DNA from: an uncultured virus (IMG/VR IMGVR_UViG_2061766007_001954)
Lineage: Duplodnaviria; Heunggongvirae; Uroviricota; Caudoviricetes
Length of the DNA: 64,000 nt
Strand: one strand, 5' to 3'
Virus record (IMG/VR): IMGVR_UViG_2061766007_001954
Shown: positions 40,296 through 50,618 of the stretch, piece after piece
Layout: each line of letters begins with the position of its first letter
How positions within the stretch are numbered: position 1 is the stretch's first letter
Notes under the pieces: generated by a model
What the model saw: the letters and a program-made list of their open reading frames with translations, nothing else
Databases searched by the model: none
What the model was told of the DNA's origin: nothing
Made by a program: the position numbers and the translations under genes

Positions 40296-41285
40296 ATGGC
40301 TTATAACATGCAAAAAGTCGCTGCTGCTTCTGAAGATATCAAAGCGAAGCTCCTGTCCGGTGATTCTGAAATGATGAAGACCGCTGGCCTTGCTGCTAGC
40401 GAATACTTCCGCGTTGAAATCCGTGAAAACGGCATTCGTCGTCAGATCACTCCGCCTACCACCGTTACGAAGGAAAACTTCGACGTCGTCGAAGATACCG
40501 ACTTCCCGGTGATGTTCGTTGAAATCGCCCCGCAGTCTGCTGGTGCCTACAAGGTTTCCTTCGAGACTGGTCCTAAGGGCGAAGTCATCCACGGCAAGAA
40601 ATCCCGTGTGGAATTCAACCGTGTTATGACTGACAAGTATTCTATCGACAAGATCCGTCTTGAGACCTACAAGATGCCGATCCTTGACATCTTCTACGAC
40701 CTGATGCTCAAAGACATCATGGACACCGAAGATGAGATCTGCATGGCTGTTGACGATGAGATCTGCGGTACCCTCAATACTGTCAATCCTTCCATGGGCA
40801 TGTGCCGCTATGCTACCGTTGGTACCATGAGCCGCGCTGCTCTCGTGTCCCTCAAGAAGGGCATGTTCTACAGTCCTGGTGGACCTCACGAACAGGGCCT
40901 CATTCCGACCAAGTTCCTCATGAACAACCTCACGCACGCGGACTTCGGTATCCTCGGTCGTGATGCGGTCGGCGGTGATCTTGCTCAGACCATGTTCACC
41001 GATGGCGTTGCTCTCACCAAGATCGCTGGTGTTGACACCATCCTCACGACCAAGCGCGGCTTTGTCAAGGATAAAGATGTCTACATCTATGCTGATCCTA
41101 AGTTCTACGGCGGCTTCTACACGTATAAAGATGTGTCGATGGTCGTTGATGAAAAGGACGACATCTGGCTGACCTTCTTCGCTCATGAGACCATTGGTGC
41201 CTCCGTTATCAACGCGGCTGGCGTTCTCAAGGCCTCTATGACCGGTAGCACGGTTGACTGGACCACTGGTCAGGTTCCTGCGTGA
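40296..41285 (+). CDS. major capsid protein (HK97 fold, putative)
   Basis: 329 aa; strong codon bias; IRE.G..RQI.PP, FFAHETIG; followed by a terminator; synteny. Confidence 0.75.
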   Translation: MAYNMQKVAAASEDIKAKLLSGDSEMMKTAGLAASEYFRVEIRENGIRRQITPPTTVTKENFDVVEDTDFPVMFVEIAPQSAGAYKVSFETGPKGEVIHGKKSRVEFNRVMTDKYSIDKIRLETYKMPILDIFYDLMLKDIMDTEDEICMAVDDEICGTLNTVNPSMGMCRYATVGTMSRAALVSLKKGMFYSPGGPHEQGLIPTKFLMNNLTHADFGILGRDAVGGDLAQTMFTDGVALTKIAGVDTILTTKRGFVKDKDVYIYADPKFYGGFYTYKDVSMVVDEKDDIWLTFFAHETIGASVINAAGVLKASMTGSTVDWTTGQVPA

Positions 41286-41314
41286 TAATCGCGTAAGACT
41301 TGATTGATCCTCCT

Positions 41315-41347
41315 GCGGGCGCTCATGTATGTGGGCGCTCGCTTTTT
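41315..41347 (+). terminator. intrinsic terminator
   Basis: GCGGGCGCTCA...TGGGCGCTCGC + TTTTT. Confidence 0.8.
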
Positions 41348-41386
41348 ATGTGTTACTGTAGGAAGGTAACCAACTATAAAGGAGTT

Positions 41387-41944
41387 ATGATGACACCTAT
41401 CTACACCATTATTCGTAACAAGCGTGACACCTCTCGTACTATTTATTGGGCCGGCAAGGACTCTAAATGGCTTGCTGCCAAGAGCGATCTTATTGTGCCG
41501 TTCGAAGTCTGGTCTCTTGCGGAAGACTACCAGAAAGAGGCTATTAAAGCCGAGATGCGCAATGATAACGTTGAGCTGATTCTTTGTGTCACCAGCACGG
41601 ATGGCAAGGTTATGCAGGTTCCGTTTGTTCCCTACCCAAATCTTAAACCGGCGGAACAGCCTAAGCAGGCTACCGTGTCGATTGATACTACCAAGCAGAA
41701 AGTTGCAGAACTTGATCACACTGTTAAGGTCACCAGCACTGAAACTTCTGATATTCTGAAGAGCATGGGCGCTAAGCCTGTTGGCTTTGAGGATGAGATC
41801 GTTCCTATGCGCGAAGTTAAGAACGGCGAGCCTGAGCCAGTTAAAGAAGCAGTTAAGGAAGAGCCTAAGCAAGAAGCTACTGTAAGTGAAGAAGCCACTG
41901 CGGAACAGCCTGTCAAGAAGACTCGATCCAAAAAGAGTTCTTAA
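41387..41944 (+). CDS. hypothetical with charged disordered tail
   Basis: SD AAAGGAG before ATG 41387. Confidence 0.65.
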   Translation: MMTPIYTIIRNKRDTSRTIYWAGKDSKWLAAKSDLIVPFEVWSLAEDYQKEAIKAEMRNDNVELILCVTSTDGKVMQVPFVPYPNLKPAEQPKQATVSIDTTKQKVAELDHTVKVTSTETSDILKSMGAKPVGFEDEIVPMREVKNGEPEPVKEAVKEEPKQEATVSEEATAEQPVKKTRSKKSS

Positions 41945-41965
41945 TCCCGGGGTCGTTCAGGGACT

Positions 41966-41994
41966 GCGGTCGGTCTTGTGGCCGACCGCTTTTT
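41966..41994 (+). terminator. intrinsic terminator
   Basis: GCGGTCGGTC...GGCCGACCGC + TTTTT. Confidence 0.8.
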
Positions 41995-42031
41995 GTTACC
42001 GCCTACGCTCTTCTAGAAATAAGGATATAAT

Positions 42032-42661
42032 ATGGCAGCTCGAAACTACATCATATTAAAGAATAGAGATCTTGCAGTCACAAAAGGTTCCACTGGTTGT
42101 ACACGGATTGCTTTCAAACAGTCTGATCTGAACAATATTACAACCGGTGTGAAAGCAACCACTGTGACTTTCGACACACTGAATCCGTGTGTTGCTGTTA
42201 TTGATGCAGACGGAGTTCAGTGGGATCTCAATTCTAAGCGTGTGCGGTATAATAACACCACAGAGCAGACGACTATTGATTTAATCGATATTCTGTATGC
42301 CAAGGGATTGATTACTACACCAGCTACCATCAGCACTTCGCAAGCGACCTATACACGTTATCGGGAGAAAGATACCGACACTGGCTATGCATGGGCTAGA
42401 ACCGCTGTAGAGCCTTCTGTACAGACTGATCCTCCGTACAGACTGTATACTAAATCTGAAGCGCCTGCTGTCGGTGATGTTGCTTATCTGGATTCCACAA
42501 CAAGTGGATCCAATACTGTTGCTATCACTGCCGTAACAAATCCTGCGTTTATTCCTATTACTTCAGGCGATGAGACATGGGACGCCATTTTCACTGTATC
42601 GACTGTATCTCCGTCAGGTGGAACAGTAACCGGTATTGCATATGAGATTGTGGATGACTGA
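42032..42661 (+). CDS. Thr-rich beta protein, possibly virion-associated
   Basis: Composition and position. Confidence 0.5.
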   Translation: MAARNYIILKNRDLAVTKGSTGCTRIAFKQSDLNNITTGVKATTVTFDTLNPCVAVIDADGVQWDLNSKRVRYNNTTEQTTIDLIDILYAKGLITTPATISTSQATYTRYREKDTDTGYAWARTAVEPSVQTDPPYRLYTKSEAPAVGDVAYLDSTTSGSNTVAITAVTNPAFIPITSGDETWDAIFTVSTVSPSGGTVTGIAYEIVDD

Positions 42662-42697
42662 CCTGTGCTCTATTAAAACGAAAGTTGAACTCAAATT

Positions 42698-43182
42698 ATG
42701 GTGGTAGTAGCACAAATGGAAATGTCAGTTGAACAGTTTGAACAGATAATCAATGCGCTGAATTCCCAGCACGGGAATCATGCAGCTGTATTGCTGCTGC
42801 TTGGTGTGCTGGCGTTTGCAGGTATAATCTTCGCCATGTGGTGGGTGCTCAATTTGAAGCTCTCCCCAATGGAAAAATTAACAAACGCGTTAGAGGCATC
42901 TGTTAAAGAGCTTAATAGACAAATATCAGAGCTTTCTCAGAAGATGTGGTCGAAAGATGCTCTGCAAAATGAGATCNNNNNNNNNNTAATCTTAAGCTCT
43001 CTCCAATGGAAAAATTAACGAACGCATTAGAGGCATCTGTTAAAGAGCTTAATAGGCAAATATCAGAGCTTTCTCAGAAGATGTGGTCGAAAGATGCTCT
43101 GCAGAATGAGATCAAGCTTCAGATTCAAGAACAGCTTAAAGAGCATGTTCAGAATTGTCCATTCAAAGATCGTTTCAAATAA
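42698..43182 (+). CDS. single-TM + coiled-coil protein, holin-like architecture (115 aa after collapsing the gap duplicate)
   Basis: TM VLLLLGVLAFAGIIFAMWWVL; frame restored by removing the 137-nt duplicate at gap 42977-42986. Confidence 0.5.
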
Positions 43183-43293
43183 TCACGTTGGCATGTCGGG
43201 TCCTCCTTCCCACGGGAGCTGTGCGGTTTTGTAGTGTTTCCTGCATAGCTCCCTCTTCTTGTACCTGTTGCCTTAATTAAGGAGACTATCTAA

Positions 43294-44187
43294 ATGATTT
43301 GTATTGCTGAAAATAGCGGCGGCAAAGGTGGTGTTGCTGGCGGGGCTGGGGCGCATGGACAGGCATCACAGTCTGCTACAGGGGCGGGCGCCAGCGATTA
43401 TGGTTATCCGGTGCTTGAAGTAGTTACTGGCATGACTACCGATCTTACTGTGCAGCTCACCAAAGATTATAATGGCACTTTGCCGGCCGACCTGTCGAGT
43501 ATAACGAAAGTCGAGTTTAGAGCTCGGCCTTCTATGATATCCAGTACGCCAGAAATTAAAGTTGATTGTACATACACAGCAGATGGACAGGTAACTGTAC
43601 ATCTTACACCAGCTGAATTGGATTATCATAATGGTGTGTGGTATGCAGAATTTCTGACATATCAAGATGATCTGCTGCTTGCCAATTATAGAGCTTACCT
43701 CTGTATCCGTAAGGGAATGACAGGCTCTCAGACGGGCGCACCCAACACAATTACAGCACTTGATGTTCGACTTGCTGTAATGGATACATCTCCGGAAGCT
43801 AACCAGCTGCTTGATGATCTGGAGTTCTCTGATATGATGATATATCACGCGGTTGAGAGAGCAATCAATGAATGGAATGAGACACCACCGACACTGGAAC
43901 AGTGGTTTGATGCAACGAATTTCCCATGGCCTGAAGCGCTCATTAAAGGCGCCGTTGGTTTCCTTATGCAGGAAGTGGCTTATCGCTATAATCGAAATCG
44001 TATGCAATATTCTGCTGCTGGTCTTACCTTGGATACTAGTGATAAGGGTCCTGTTTATATAGCTATGGCACAGACAGCCAGACTTGAATGGAAGAACTTT
44101 GTTGCTGCTAAGAAGACAGAACTCAATATGAACGAATGCTTCGGTACCTTCAGTCTTCCTTATTTTGGTAATCGTATTTACTACTGA
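43294..44187 (+). CDS. head-tail adaptor/neck protein (putative)
   Basis: N-terminal Ig/BppU-like beta domain, then helical DVRL..D..PE.N.L...AI.EWN. Confidence 0.55.
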   Translation: MICIAENSGGKGGVAGGAGAHGQASQSATGAGASDYGYPVLEVVTGMTTDLTVQLTKDYNGTLPADLSSITKVEFRARPSMISSTPEIKVDCTYTADGQVTVHLTPAELDYHNGVWYAEFLTYQDDLLLANYRAYLCIRKGMTGSQTGAPNTITALDVRLAVMDTSPEANQLLDDLEFSDMMIYHAVERAINEWNETPPTLEQWFDATNFPWPEALIKGAVGFLMQEVAYRYNRNRMQYSAAGLTLDTSDKGPVYIAMAQTARLEWKNFVAAKKTELNMNECFGTFSLPYFGNRIYY

Positions 44188-45092
44188 TGAAAACTCCATT
44201 TGAAGATCTGCAAGTAACGATTCGCTATGACAATGCCAGAGTCCTGACATGGACGATGACAAGCGGTGTCATATTGCCTGCAGACGCTATACTGTCGGTA
44301 GAGAATTCAAGGGCTGGAGGCACTTGGGAGACTCTTAGTGATACAGTGATAGATGAATGCTTCTTCATAGACACTCGCCGCAGGAACTATAATAAGTATA
44401 TGAATGAATGCTATAGACTCCGTCTTGTTGTTCCCCACGAGAATGCTGAAGATGAAGTCTATGTGAGCTCTGTAGTACAGGCTGGTAATTTTGAAGCATA
44501 TCCATTCAGCAGTGAAGCAGAGAACGTCATTAAACAGGCTGAGAAGGCTATAGAATTGAGCGGCGTTACTGGTGTGTTGCTTAAAAAGAAACATTGGGGA
44601 CAGCGTTGCACTCATTGCACAGACTTTGAAGATCAGACAACTGTGAATGAACATTGCCCCTGGTGTCTTGGTACAGGCTTTGAAGGCGGTTTCTATAATG
44701 GCATCTCTATGGCTTTGATCAAAGATAAGATCAGTCGTGAAGAGAAGCAGGGTAAAGACTGTGTCGAAGAGAGCGAGGTAATTGATGGCAGATGTCTCGC
44801 TTATCCTTGGGTTCGTTATATGGATGTTTGGGTTGAAGATAAAACCAATAAGCGGTATCAGATCAACCATGTAACTCCAATCAGCAGCTATAAACAAGTT
44901 CCTCTTATCTATCAGATCCAGATGAGTAAGATTGAATACAGTGATGTTATGTACACACCACCTGCCGATGCTAAAGTTTTGGTTAAAGATCTGTATGACA
45001 GCGCACTCGTTGAATATACACCAGAACTGGATAAAGAGCTCGAAGATAATGCGATGAGAGCTTGGAGGGATGACTTTGAAGATAACGACTGA
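44187..45092 (+). CDS. head closure/neck protein (putative) with CxxC...CxxC
   Basis: CTHC...CPWCLGTGFEGGF; synteny. Confidence 0.5.
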   Translation: MKTPFEDLQVTIRYDNARVLTWTMTSGVILPADAILSVENSRAGGTWETLSDTVIDECFFIDTRRRNYNKYMNECYRLRLVVPHENAEDEVYVSSVVQAGNFEAYPFSSEAENVIKQAEKAIELSGVTGVLLKKKHWGQRCTHCTDFEDQTTVNEHCPWCLGTGFEGGFYNGISMALIKDKISREEKQGKDCVEESEVIDGRCLAYPWVRYMDVWVEDKTNKRYQINHVTPISSYKQVPLIYQIQMSKIEYSDVMYTPPADAKVLVKDLYDSALVEYTPELDKELEDNAMRAWRDDFEDND

Positions 45093-45753
45093 TTATACAA
45101 CAGAGTCGAATCCTGATAATCTGCTTGGTGGTGCTCTTAGCGCCTATCGCTCGTTGTATTGGCTCAAAAGCATTCTGCAGAATTTTCTGTCAGACTCTAT
45201 TAATATCAAAGACGAACGTCTGGCATGGATGTTTAATTTCCAGGACGATGATTCTGATGCCACAAAAATAGATGGGTTGTTCGAGGTTGATGTTGCCTAT
45301 AGCGATAAAACCAAGACAGCTTGTCGCACGCCTATGATTTTCATCACCTTAGGCTCTCGTCAATACTCTGTGAGGGGTATAAATGTTATTGGAATGGGAG
45401 AGGTCGCAAGTTGTGGAACAATTCCTATGAGCCAGGGTGCGAGACATAAAGTTATTCCGATGAACATCACAGTTGTCACAGAAAAGTATGCTTCTACAGT
45501 GGCTCTTGCAGAGTTGATGGAGGATTTCATGCTGATTAATGAAAACCTGTTCGTAGCAGATAATCATTCCATCAGCGAGTTTCATGTTGCGGGTGTATCA
45601 GAGGTAAGAGCAGAGAATATTGGAGAGGGGCCTCACGCAAAAGTTGTCTATGAACAGAACATCGGCGTTTATGTGGTCGGCGGTATCAGCTGGACTACAG
45701 ATACGCAGGGTCCTGTGTTCCGTGGTGTCACGCAGAAGGTGGATATCAAGTAA
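45070..45753 (+). CDS. tail completion/terminator protein (putative)
   Basis: Synteny, directly before the sheath. Confidence 0.45.
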   Translation: MTLKITTDYTTESNPDNLLGGALSAYRSLYWLKSILQNFLSDSINIKDERLAWMFNFQDDDSDATKIDGLFEVDVAYSDKTKTACRTPMIFITLGSRQYSVRGINVIGMGEVASCGTIPMSQGARHKVIPMNITVVTEKYASTVALAELMEDFMLINENLFVADNHSISEFHVAGVSEVRAENIGEGPHAKVVYEQNIGVYVVGGISWTTDTQGPVFRGVTQKVDIK

Positions 45754-45787
45754 AACGAGTTTACTTCGAGGTTTTTATAAATATGAC

Positions 45788-45844
45788 AGGCAGCGCATAC
45801 TGACAGCCTGCCTAGATAAACTTGTCAGTAGAAGGTAATAACCT
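45788..45844 (+). promoter_or_regulatory. candidate H-type pseudoknot abutting the sheath RBS
   Basis: AGGCAG/CTGCCT interleaved with TACTGACA/TGTCAGTA. Confidence 0.4.
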
Positions 45845-47528
45845 ATGGCTATAAACAATTTCAAATTCCCTGGCGTTGAGCTGCATCAGGAGTTCGTCGA
45901 GACGCCTGTTACTGGTCAGAGCCAGCTCAGTGTTGTGGTCGTCGGCTATCAGTACAAGCTGAATCCGTATGCTACCACCTATAATGGTGCGGCAACAACC
46001 ATCAGCCTGTTCGATGTCCCCGGCTATCAGGATAATGAGACTATTGATACCAGCTCCGGCGCACCTGTTGGTGTTATCGTTACTGATGGTATCTTCAAGA
46101 ATGCTGAATGCGGTGCATCCGGTGGTGCAATTAATATCAGCGGGAGCACGATTGCCACTGACAGAAAATCCGCACAGGTTGTTTTCGATGCTCCTATTCA
46201 GGCTGGCACTGCTTCGGTGACTGCTTTCGGTACTCTGCCTCCGCAGGTTGGTGATACCGTTGATGTCTATATCGGAACGGGTACCGCCGGTACGGCGGNN
46301 NNNNNNNNNNNNNNNNNNNNNNNNNGTTGAGGTTTCGAATAGTACAGTTTCCCTTAGCGCGGGTACTATCTCGAAGGTTGCTTTTTGGACTGTCACCGAG
46401 GCTGAGCTGGAAGGCGTGACCGCGACTGATACCGATATCACGATTCCGGCTAATGCTACTGCTAAGATCGGTGGTAAGAGTACGGCAGTTCCGCTGATGA
46501 AAGATTGGGAATACAATTTCCTGCTGAAGTATCGCGATAGTGCGAATTCGGCTGTTCGTAAGCTGAAAGTTGTTGGTAGTCTTGCTGAGATTCGTGAAGC
46601 CTTCGGCGCCATCAAAGCAGATAATCCGATGGCGATCTCCTTGGCATTTGCGCTCCTTGCAGCTAGTGGCAACGTCGTGTATTATACATCTGTTGCAACC
46701 GACGATGCAGATGGTTACACAGACGCACTCGATTTCATCGATAAGTATCAGACCGTCTACAGCATTGTTCCTGCGACACTTGATACCGATATTATTAAAG
46801 CTTGCATCACGTTTGCTGAACGTGCTTATAGTGATGTTGAAAGCAAGACTCGTTACAGTGTTTGGTATGGTCTTGCAAACGATGATGATCCCGAGACTAT
46901 TGTTGGTGTTCGTCAGACTATTGGCTCCAGCTTTACTGCTCAGGCAGTTCTTGGCGATGATGCTATCTATAATGGTCAGGTTGTTCCTAACTATGCGCTT
47001 GCAGCTGCAGCAGCTGGTATGCGCTCTTACGAGCCTGCCTATCGTCCGATCTCCAATCTCGGCTATAGCTTCTTCTCTCTTGCAGAGACGAATGGCTTCA
47101 CCAAGTCCCAGCTTGAATACATGGGCGCTAATGGTGTGTGGCTGATTGGTAACAACTATGATGGTACTCCGATCAACCTTCGCCAGATTACAACCGCTGT
47201 TTCCAATAACATCAACAAAGATGAAGAGAGCATTGTTGCAAACGCTGACAGTATTGCTCTTACGCTTTGCCGCGTTGGTGAGAATCTGGTTGGCTGCAGC
47301 AATATCAGTCCTGATCTTCTGGTTGCTCTTCATGACACACTGACTGGTAGCATGGAACGTTATCTGGTCAATCTGACTGGTAACGTTTATATTGGTCCGC
47401 AGCTGCTCTCTTACAGTATTGATCGCCTGGAGCAGGATCCTGTGCAACTTGATCATATTTATGCAACTATTACCTGCGAGCCTCCGAAGCCCTTCAACCG
47501 CTTCGTTCTGACTCTGCGCATTGTCTGA
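45845..47528 (+). CDS. tail sheath protein (spans N-gap 46299-46325)
   Basis: N-terminal PGVELHQEF; C-terminal LR.ITT...EESIV.N.D...PKPFNRFVLTL. Confidence 0.8.
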
Positions 47529-47543
47529 TAAGGAGACCATAAG

Positions 47544-48062
47544 ATGCTTAAGGTTTTCAATAATCCCTATAAAACAACTGAATCCTGGAGTGCGCAGGGT
47601 GCCATCATTATGTGGTATCTGGGTACACCGGGTGCTGATAGTGACGCTAACAAGATTCCTCTGATGGTTAATGCTGTCAGCATGCAGTACAACCGTCAGC
47701 AAATTTCGTTCTATCCTCTGAATGCTGATGCCAGCGGCAATGCCACGAAAGTTAATGTCAAGGGTGCTCCTACAGGCAGCTTGCAGCTTACTTCGATTTA
47801 TTGCCCAACTCCTGGTGAAATCGGCAAATTCCTGGAAGCAGCTGCCCGTGACTGTGCGAAAGCTGGCGATGAGATGTATGTTACCATTCGTCCGTTTGGT
47901 ACTATCAAATGCGGTGATCAGCCTGTTACAAAGGCACCCCGCTGGATTCTCAGCGGTGTTGAGCTGAATGGCCTGGCTCTTAACATCCAGAGTGCTGAAG
48001 TTACGCTTGTCAATATGCCTCTTGCTTTCACGTTCTCTGGCCTGCAGATCGAGAATCCGTAA
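47544..48062 (+). CDS. tail tube protein (putative)
   Basis: 172-aa beta-rich protein after the sheath, before a terminator. Confidence 0.65.
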   Translation: MLKVFNNPYKTTESWSAQGAIIMWYLGTPGADSDANKIPLMVNAVSMQYNRQQISFYPLNADASGNATKVNVKGAPTGSLQLTSIYCPTPGEIGKFLEAAARDCAKAGDEMYVTIRPFGTIKCGDQPVTKAPRWILSGVELNGLALNIQSAEVTLVNMPLAFTFSGLQIENP

Positions 48063-48089
48063 GGATACGTTAAGCAGTGTGATTTCTGC

Positions 48090-48125
48090 AGCCGCGTAGC
48101 CGCCTGATGGCTGCGCGGCTTTCTT
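48090..48125 (+). terminator. intrinsic terminator
   Basis: AGCCGCGTAGCC...GGCTGCGCGGCT + TTCTT. Confidence 0.75.
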
Positions 48126-48140
48126 GTTAAGGAGAACCCT

Positions 48141-50618
48141 ATGGACGATCTTGTATTCCTCGGCACTTTGCTGGTGTCTGTTCCTACCTACGGTGTCGGT
48201 CTCGTTACGCCAGAATTTGGATCTACAGAGATTAAAGATCTGTATGTAGCAAGGCTGCCTATTAATGATGCCACATCTGGTGCTATCAGGCAGGCTCACT
48301 ATGTTGATGGTACCGCTGTTGTCTGCCTCAGAGATGTGACCAATCCAAAGCGTGCCTATATTCTGTGTCCTGCTGCATATGCTGCTGCCAATTACAATGA
48401 TATTCTGGAAGCAGAGTCTTTGTATGATGTTGGCAACTATAAGCAACTCGATGACGATGTATTCACAGATGTGCTGGCTTATTTCATGCAGTCTGACAGC
48501 ATTGGATTCAAGAATCAGGCACATGGTGCAGATATCGATGCACTTCCCGGTGACAGTGATACAGTCGACCTCAGAGGCAATGCGGGAACACATATTGGTC
48601 GTTATATAGCACAGCTTCGTGGTTCTCCTTTCTGCTATATTGATGCTTCCAATATTACAAATAAGATTCGTACTGTCTCGCTGGCTGTAGAGACTAATCT
48701 GCCGTGTAGCTATACACTGTCCAGCAAAGAACTAAATGTTGAAGATATTGCCATTAATGATCAAGAGGCTTTTGGCGTTATAGCAGGCACACCTCTCACA
48801 GTGCTTGGTGAGACGGATGAATTGGCGTACACAGACGAGAATGCTCTACCTCTGTATAGATTTCAGCATATTTCAGGTGCTGCAGCTGACGGCATAGAAG
48901 ATATTGTAGTGGCTGCGCCTGATACGACTCACTATTGTACTGTTGAGCCTCCTATACTTAGTAAGAAGCGTAGTTCTCTGTCAGGCGAGCTGTTTAAGGC
49001 ATCAGCTGTCGGCATCCAATCTATCAAGTCTCCTGCTATCGAAGCTATTCATCAGGTCAATTATGATACTGCCAGAAGCCTGCAGGAGCAACAGGACATT
49101 CTTAAGCCCTGGGAATACCAAGAGGAAGAAGATATCCAAAATACGGCTTCTATTGATGAACAGATAGACGACGCTGCACTGAATAAGATCATAGACAAGC
49201 TATTCACAGGCGACTATCTGAATAAACTGAAAGCAAAGATGGCAGAGCATGGCCTGGCTGTCTCTCACTCCGAAGCAACCATCGACAGCAAGATCAAAGA
49301 GGAACAGGTTACAGGGCCGTCTACAGATCAGGAATATGGTCTTCCTCCTTCCATACAGCTTACAGATCCTATTAGTGGTAAGGTAACGACTTACTATGCT
49401 TCTACATCTTTTATCACACAGGAGCCAGATGGCAGTATTCTTATCTGTGATGGTTACGGCAGCGAGATCAGGATGTCAAGAGGCAATATCTATATAAGCC
49501 CTGCTTTGGATCTTTTCTTCAGACCTGGCAGAGATTTGTCTACTATGGTGCCACGTCATCAGAGTTACAACGCACAGGGACACACCACCATCAATACAGG
49601 CAAGTCTATGTATCTGCGTGCTGTCAATGATATGAAGATAGTCGGTGCAACAGATGGTAGCGGCATGGTGACGCTTGAAAGCAGGGCTGTATCGAATGAG
49701 CTGCTTACTAACGGTTTGCTTATCAAATGTAAGGTTGGTACGGCTATTGTTGGTAATGACATCTATATCGGCCGCAATAGTGGTAACGGTGTGACAGAGA
49801 ATAGAGTGGAAGAACCAAAAGAGACAGGCACAATTATTATTGATGCATGTTCCAACGGTGTTATCAACGAGAGATGTGGTGCACAAACGCTTGATACAGG
49901 CTCCCTGTGTATGGTTGCCTCCAACAACAGGTCTGCCTCTGCAATCAGACTTGAAACAACCGCAGTCGGTATATATACTAACTCTGTAGAGTTGCCTGCG
50001 TTTGTTAATATGATCGGCAAGGGTGCTCAAGAGAAGGTAACGGTTGTTCGTAATGGGCTAACACAAGAGCTTACACTGAATACCAGAACAGGTGCTCCAC
50101 AGCTTGTTGTAGAAGGTGCCTGTCTTGTTGGCGGTCAGTTTATTTGCAACGGCAGAGGGCATTTCTGCGGGCAGGTAGTTGCGAATGGTGTTTTCTCAAT
50201 CGATCCGTATTGCAGCGTTGTCGACACACGCTACAATGATCCATTCAAGAAGACTGATATCAAAAAGCTGGAAGCAGGTATTTCTGGCACAGCTGTTGCC
50301 AATATGGTTGTGACTGCTTCTCGGTATCTGTATCAGGATCTATTCATTACAATCAATGGTTTTTCATTCCCCACCACTTATAATGTTCCGACACATATAA
50401 GAGTACCTGGTATGGTGTGGCAATCCATGGATCGTAATAATGCCCGTAACTGGGAAGAGGTAGCTGTAACTAGCATATTGCCTACAGGAGAAACTGTATA
50501 TACTATGTGTTATCCAGGCAAAGATGTCTGGGACACCGCTACAGTAAGTGGCATAGATTATCAAATATATAACCTGAGTGATGGTTATACAACTAACATA
50601 CCGGAAGGAGCCCTATAA
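48141..50618 (+). CDS. baseplate spike (gp5/VgrG-like, putative)
   Basis: Beta-helix-like repeats DGSILICDGYGSEIRMSRGNIYI. Confidence 0.5.
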   Translation: MDDLVFLGTLLVSVPTYGVGLVTPEFGSTEIKDLYVARLPINDATSGAIRQAHYVDGTAVVCLRDVTNPKRAYILCPAAYAAANYNDILEAESLYDVGNYKQLDDDVFTDVLAYFMQSDSIGFKNQAHGADIDALPGDSDTVDLRGNAGTHIGRYIAQLRGSPFCYIDASNITNKIRTVSLAVETNLPCSYTLSSKELNVEDIAINDQEAFGVIAGTPLTVLGETDELAYTDENALPLYRFQHISGAAADGIEDIVVAAPDTTHYCTVEPPILSKKRSSLSGELFKASAVGIQSIKSPAIEAIHQVNYDTARSLQEQQDILKPWEYQEEEDIQNTASIDEQIDDAALNKIIDKLFTGDYLNKLKAKMAEHGLAVSHSEATIDSKIKEEQVTGPSTDQEYGLPPSIQLTDPISGKVTTYYASTSFITQEPDGSILICDGYGSEIRMSRGNIYISPALDLFFRPGRDLSTMVPRHQSYNAQGHTTINTGKSMYLRAVNDMKIVGATDGSGMVTLESRAVSNELLTNGLLIKCKVGTAIVGNDIYIGRNSGNGVTENRVEEPKETGTIIIDACSNGVINERCGAQTLDTGSLCMVASNNRSASAIRLETTAVGIYTNSVELPAFVNMIGKGAQEKVTVVRNGLTQELTLNTRTGAPQLVVEGACLVGGQFICNGRGHFCGQVVANGVFSIDPYCSVVDTRYNDPFKKTDIKKLEAGISGTAVANMVVTASRYLYQDLFITINGFSFPTTYNVPTHIRVPGMVWQSMDRNNARNWEEVAVTSILPTGETVYTMCYPGKDVWDTATVSGIDYQIYNLSDGYTTNIPEGAL

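Noticed and set aside
45845..47528. Split or frameshifted sheath gene
   Set aside because: The frame change coincides with an N-gap of uncertain length
46194..48593. Long minus-strand ORFs (799 aa here; also 34678..36186, 15376..16545, 27934..28974)
   Set aside because: Antisense shadows of codon-biased plus-strand genes; no motifs or RBS seen
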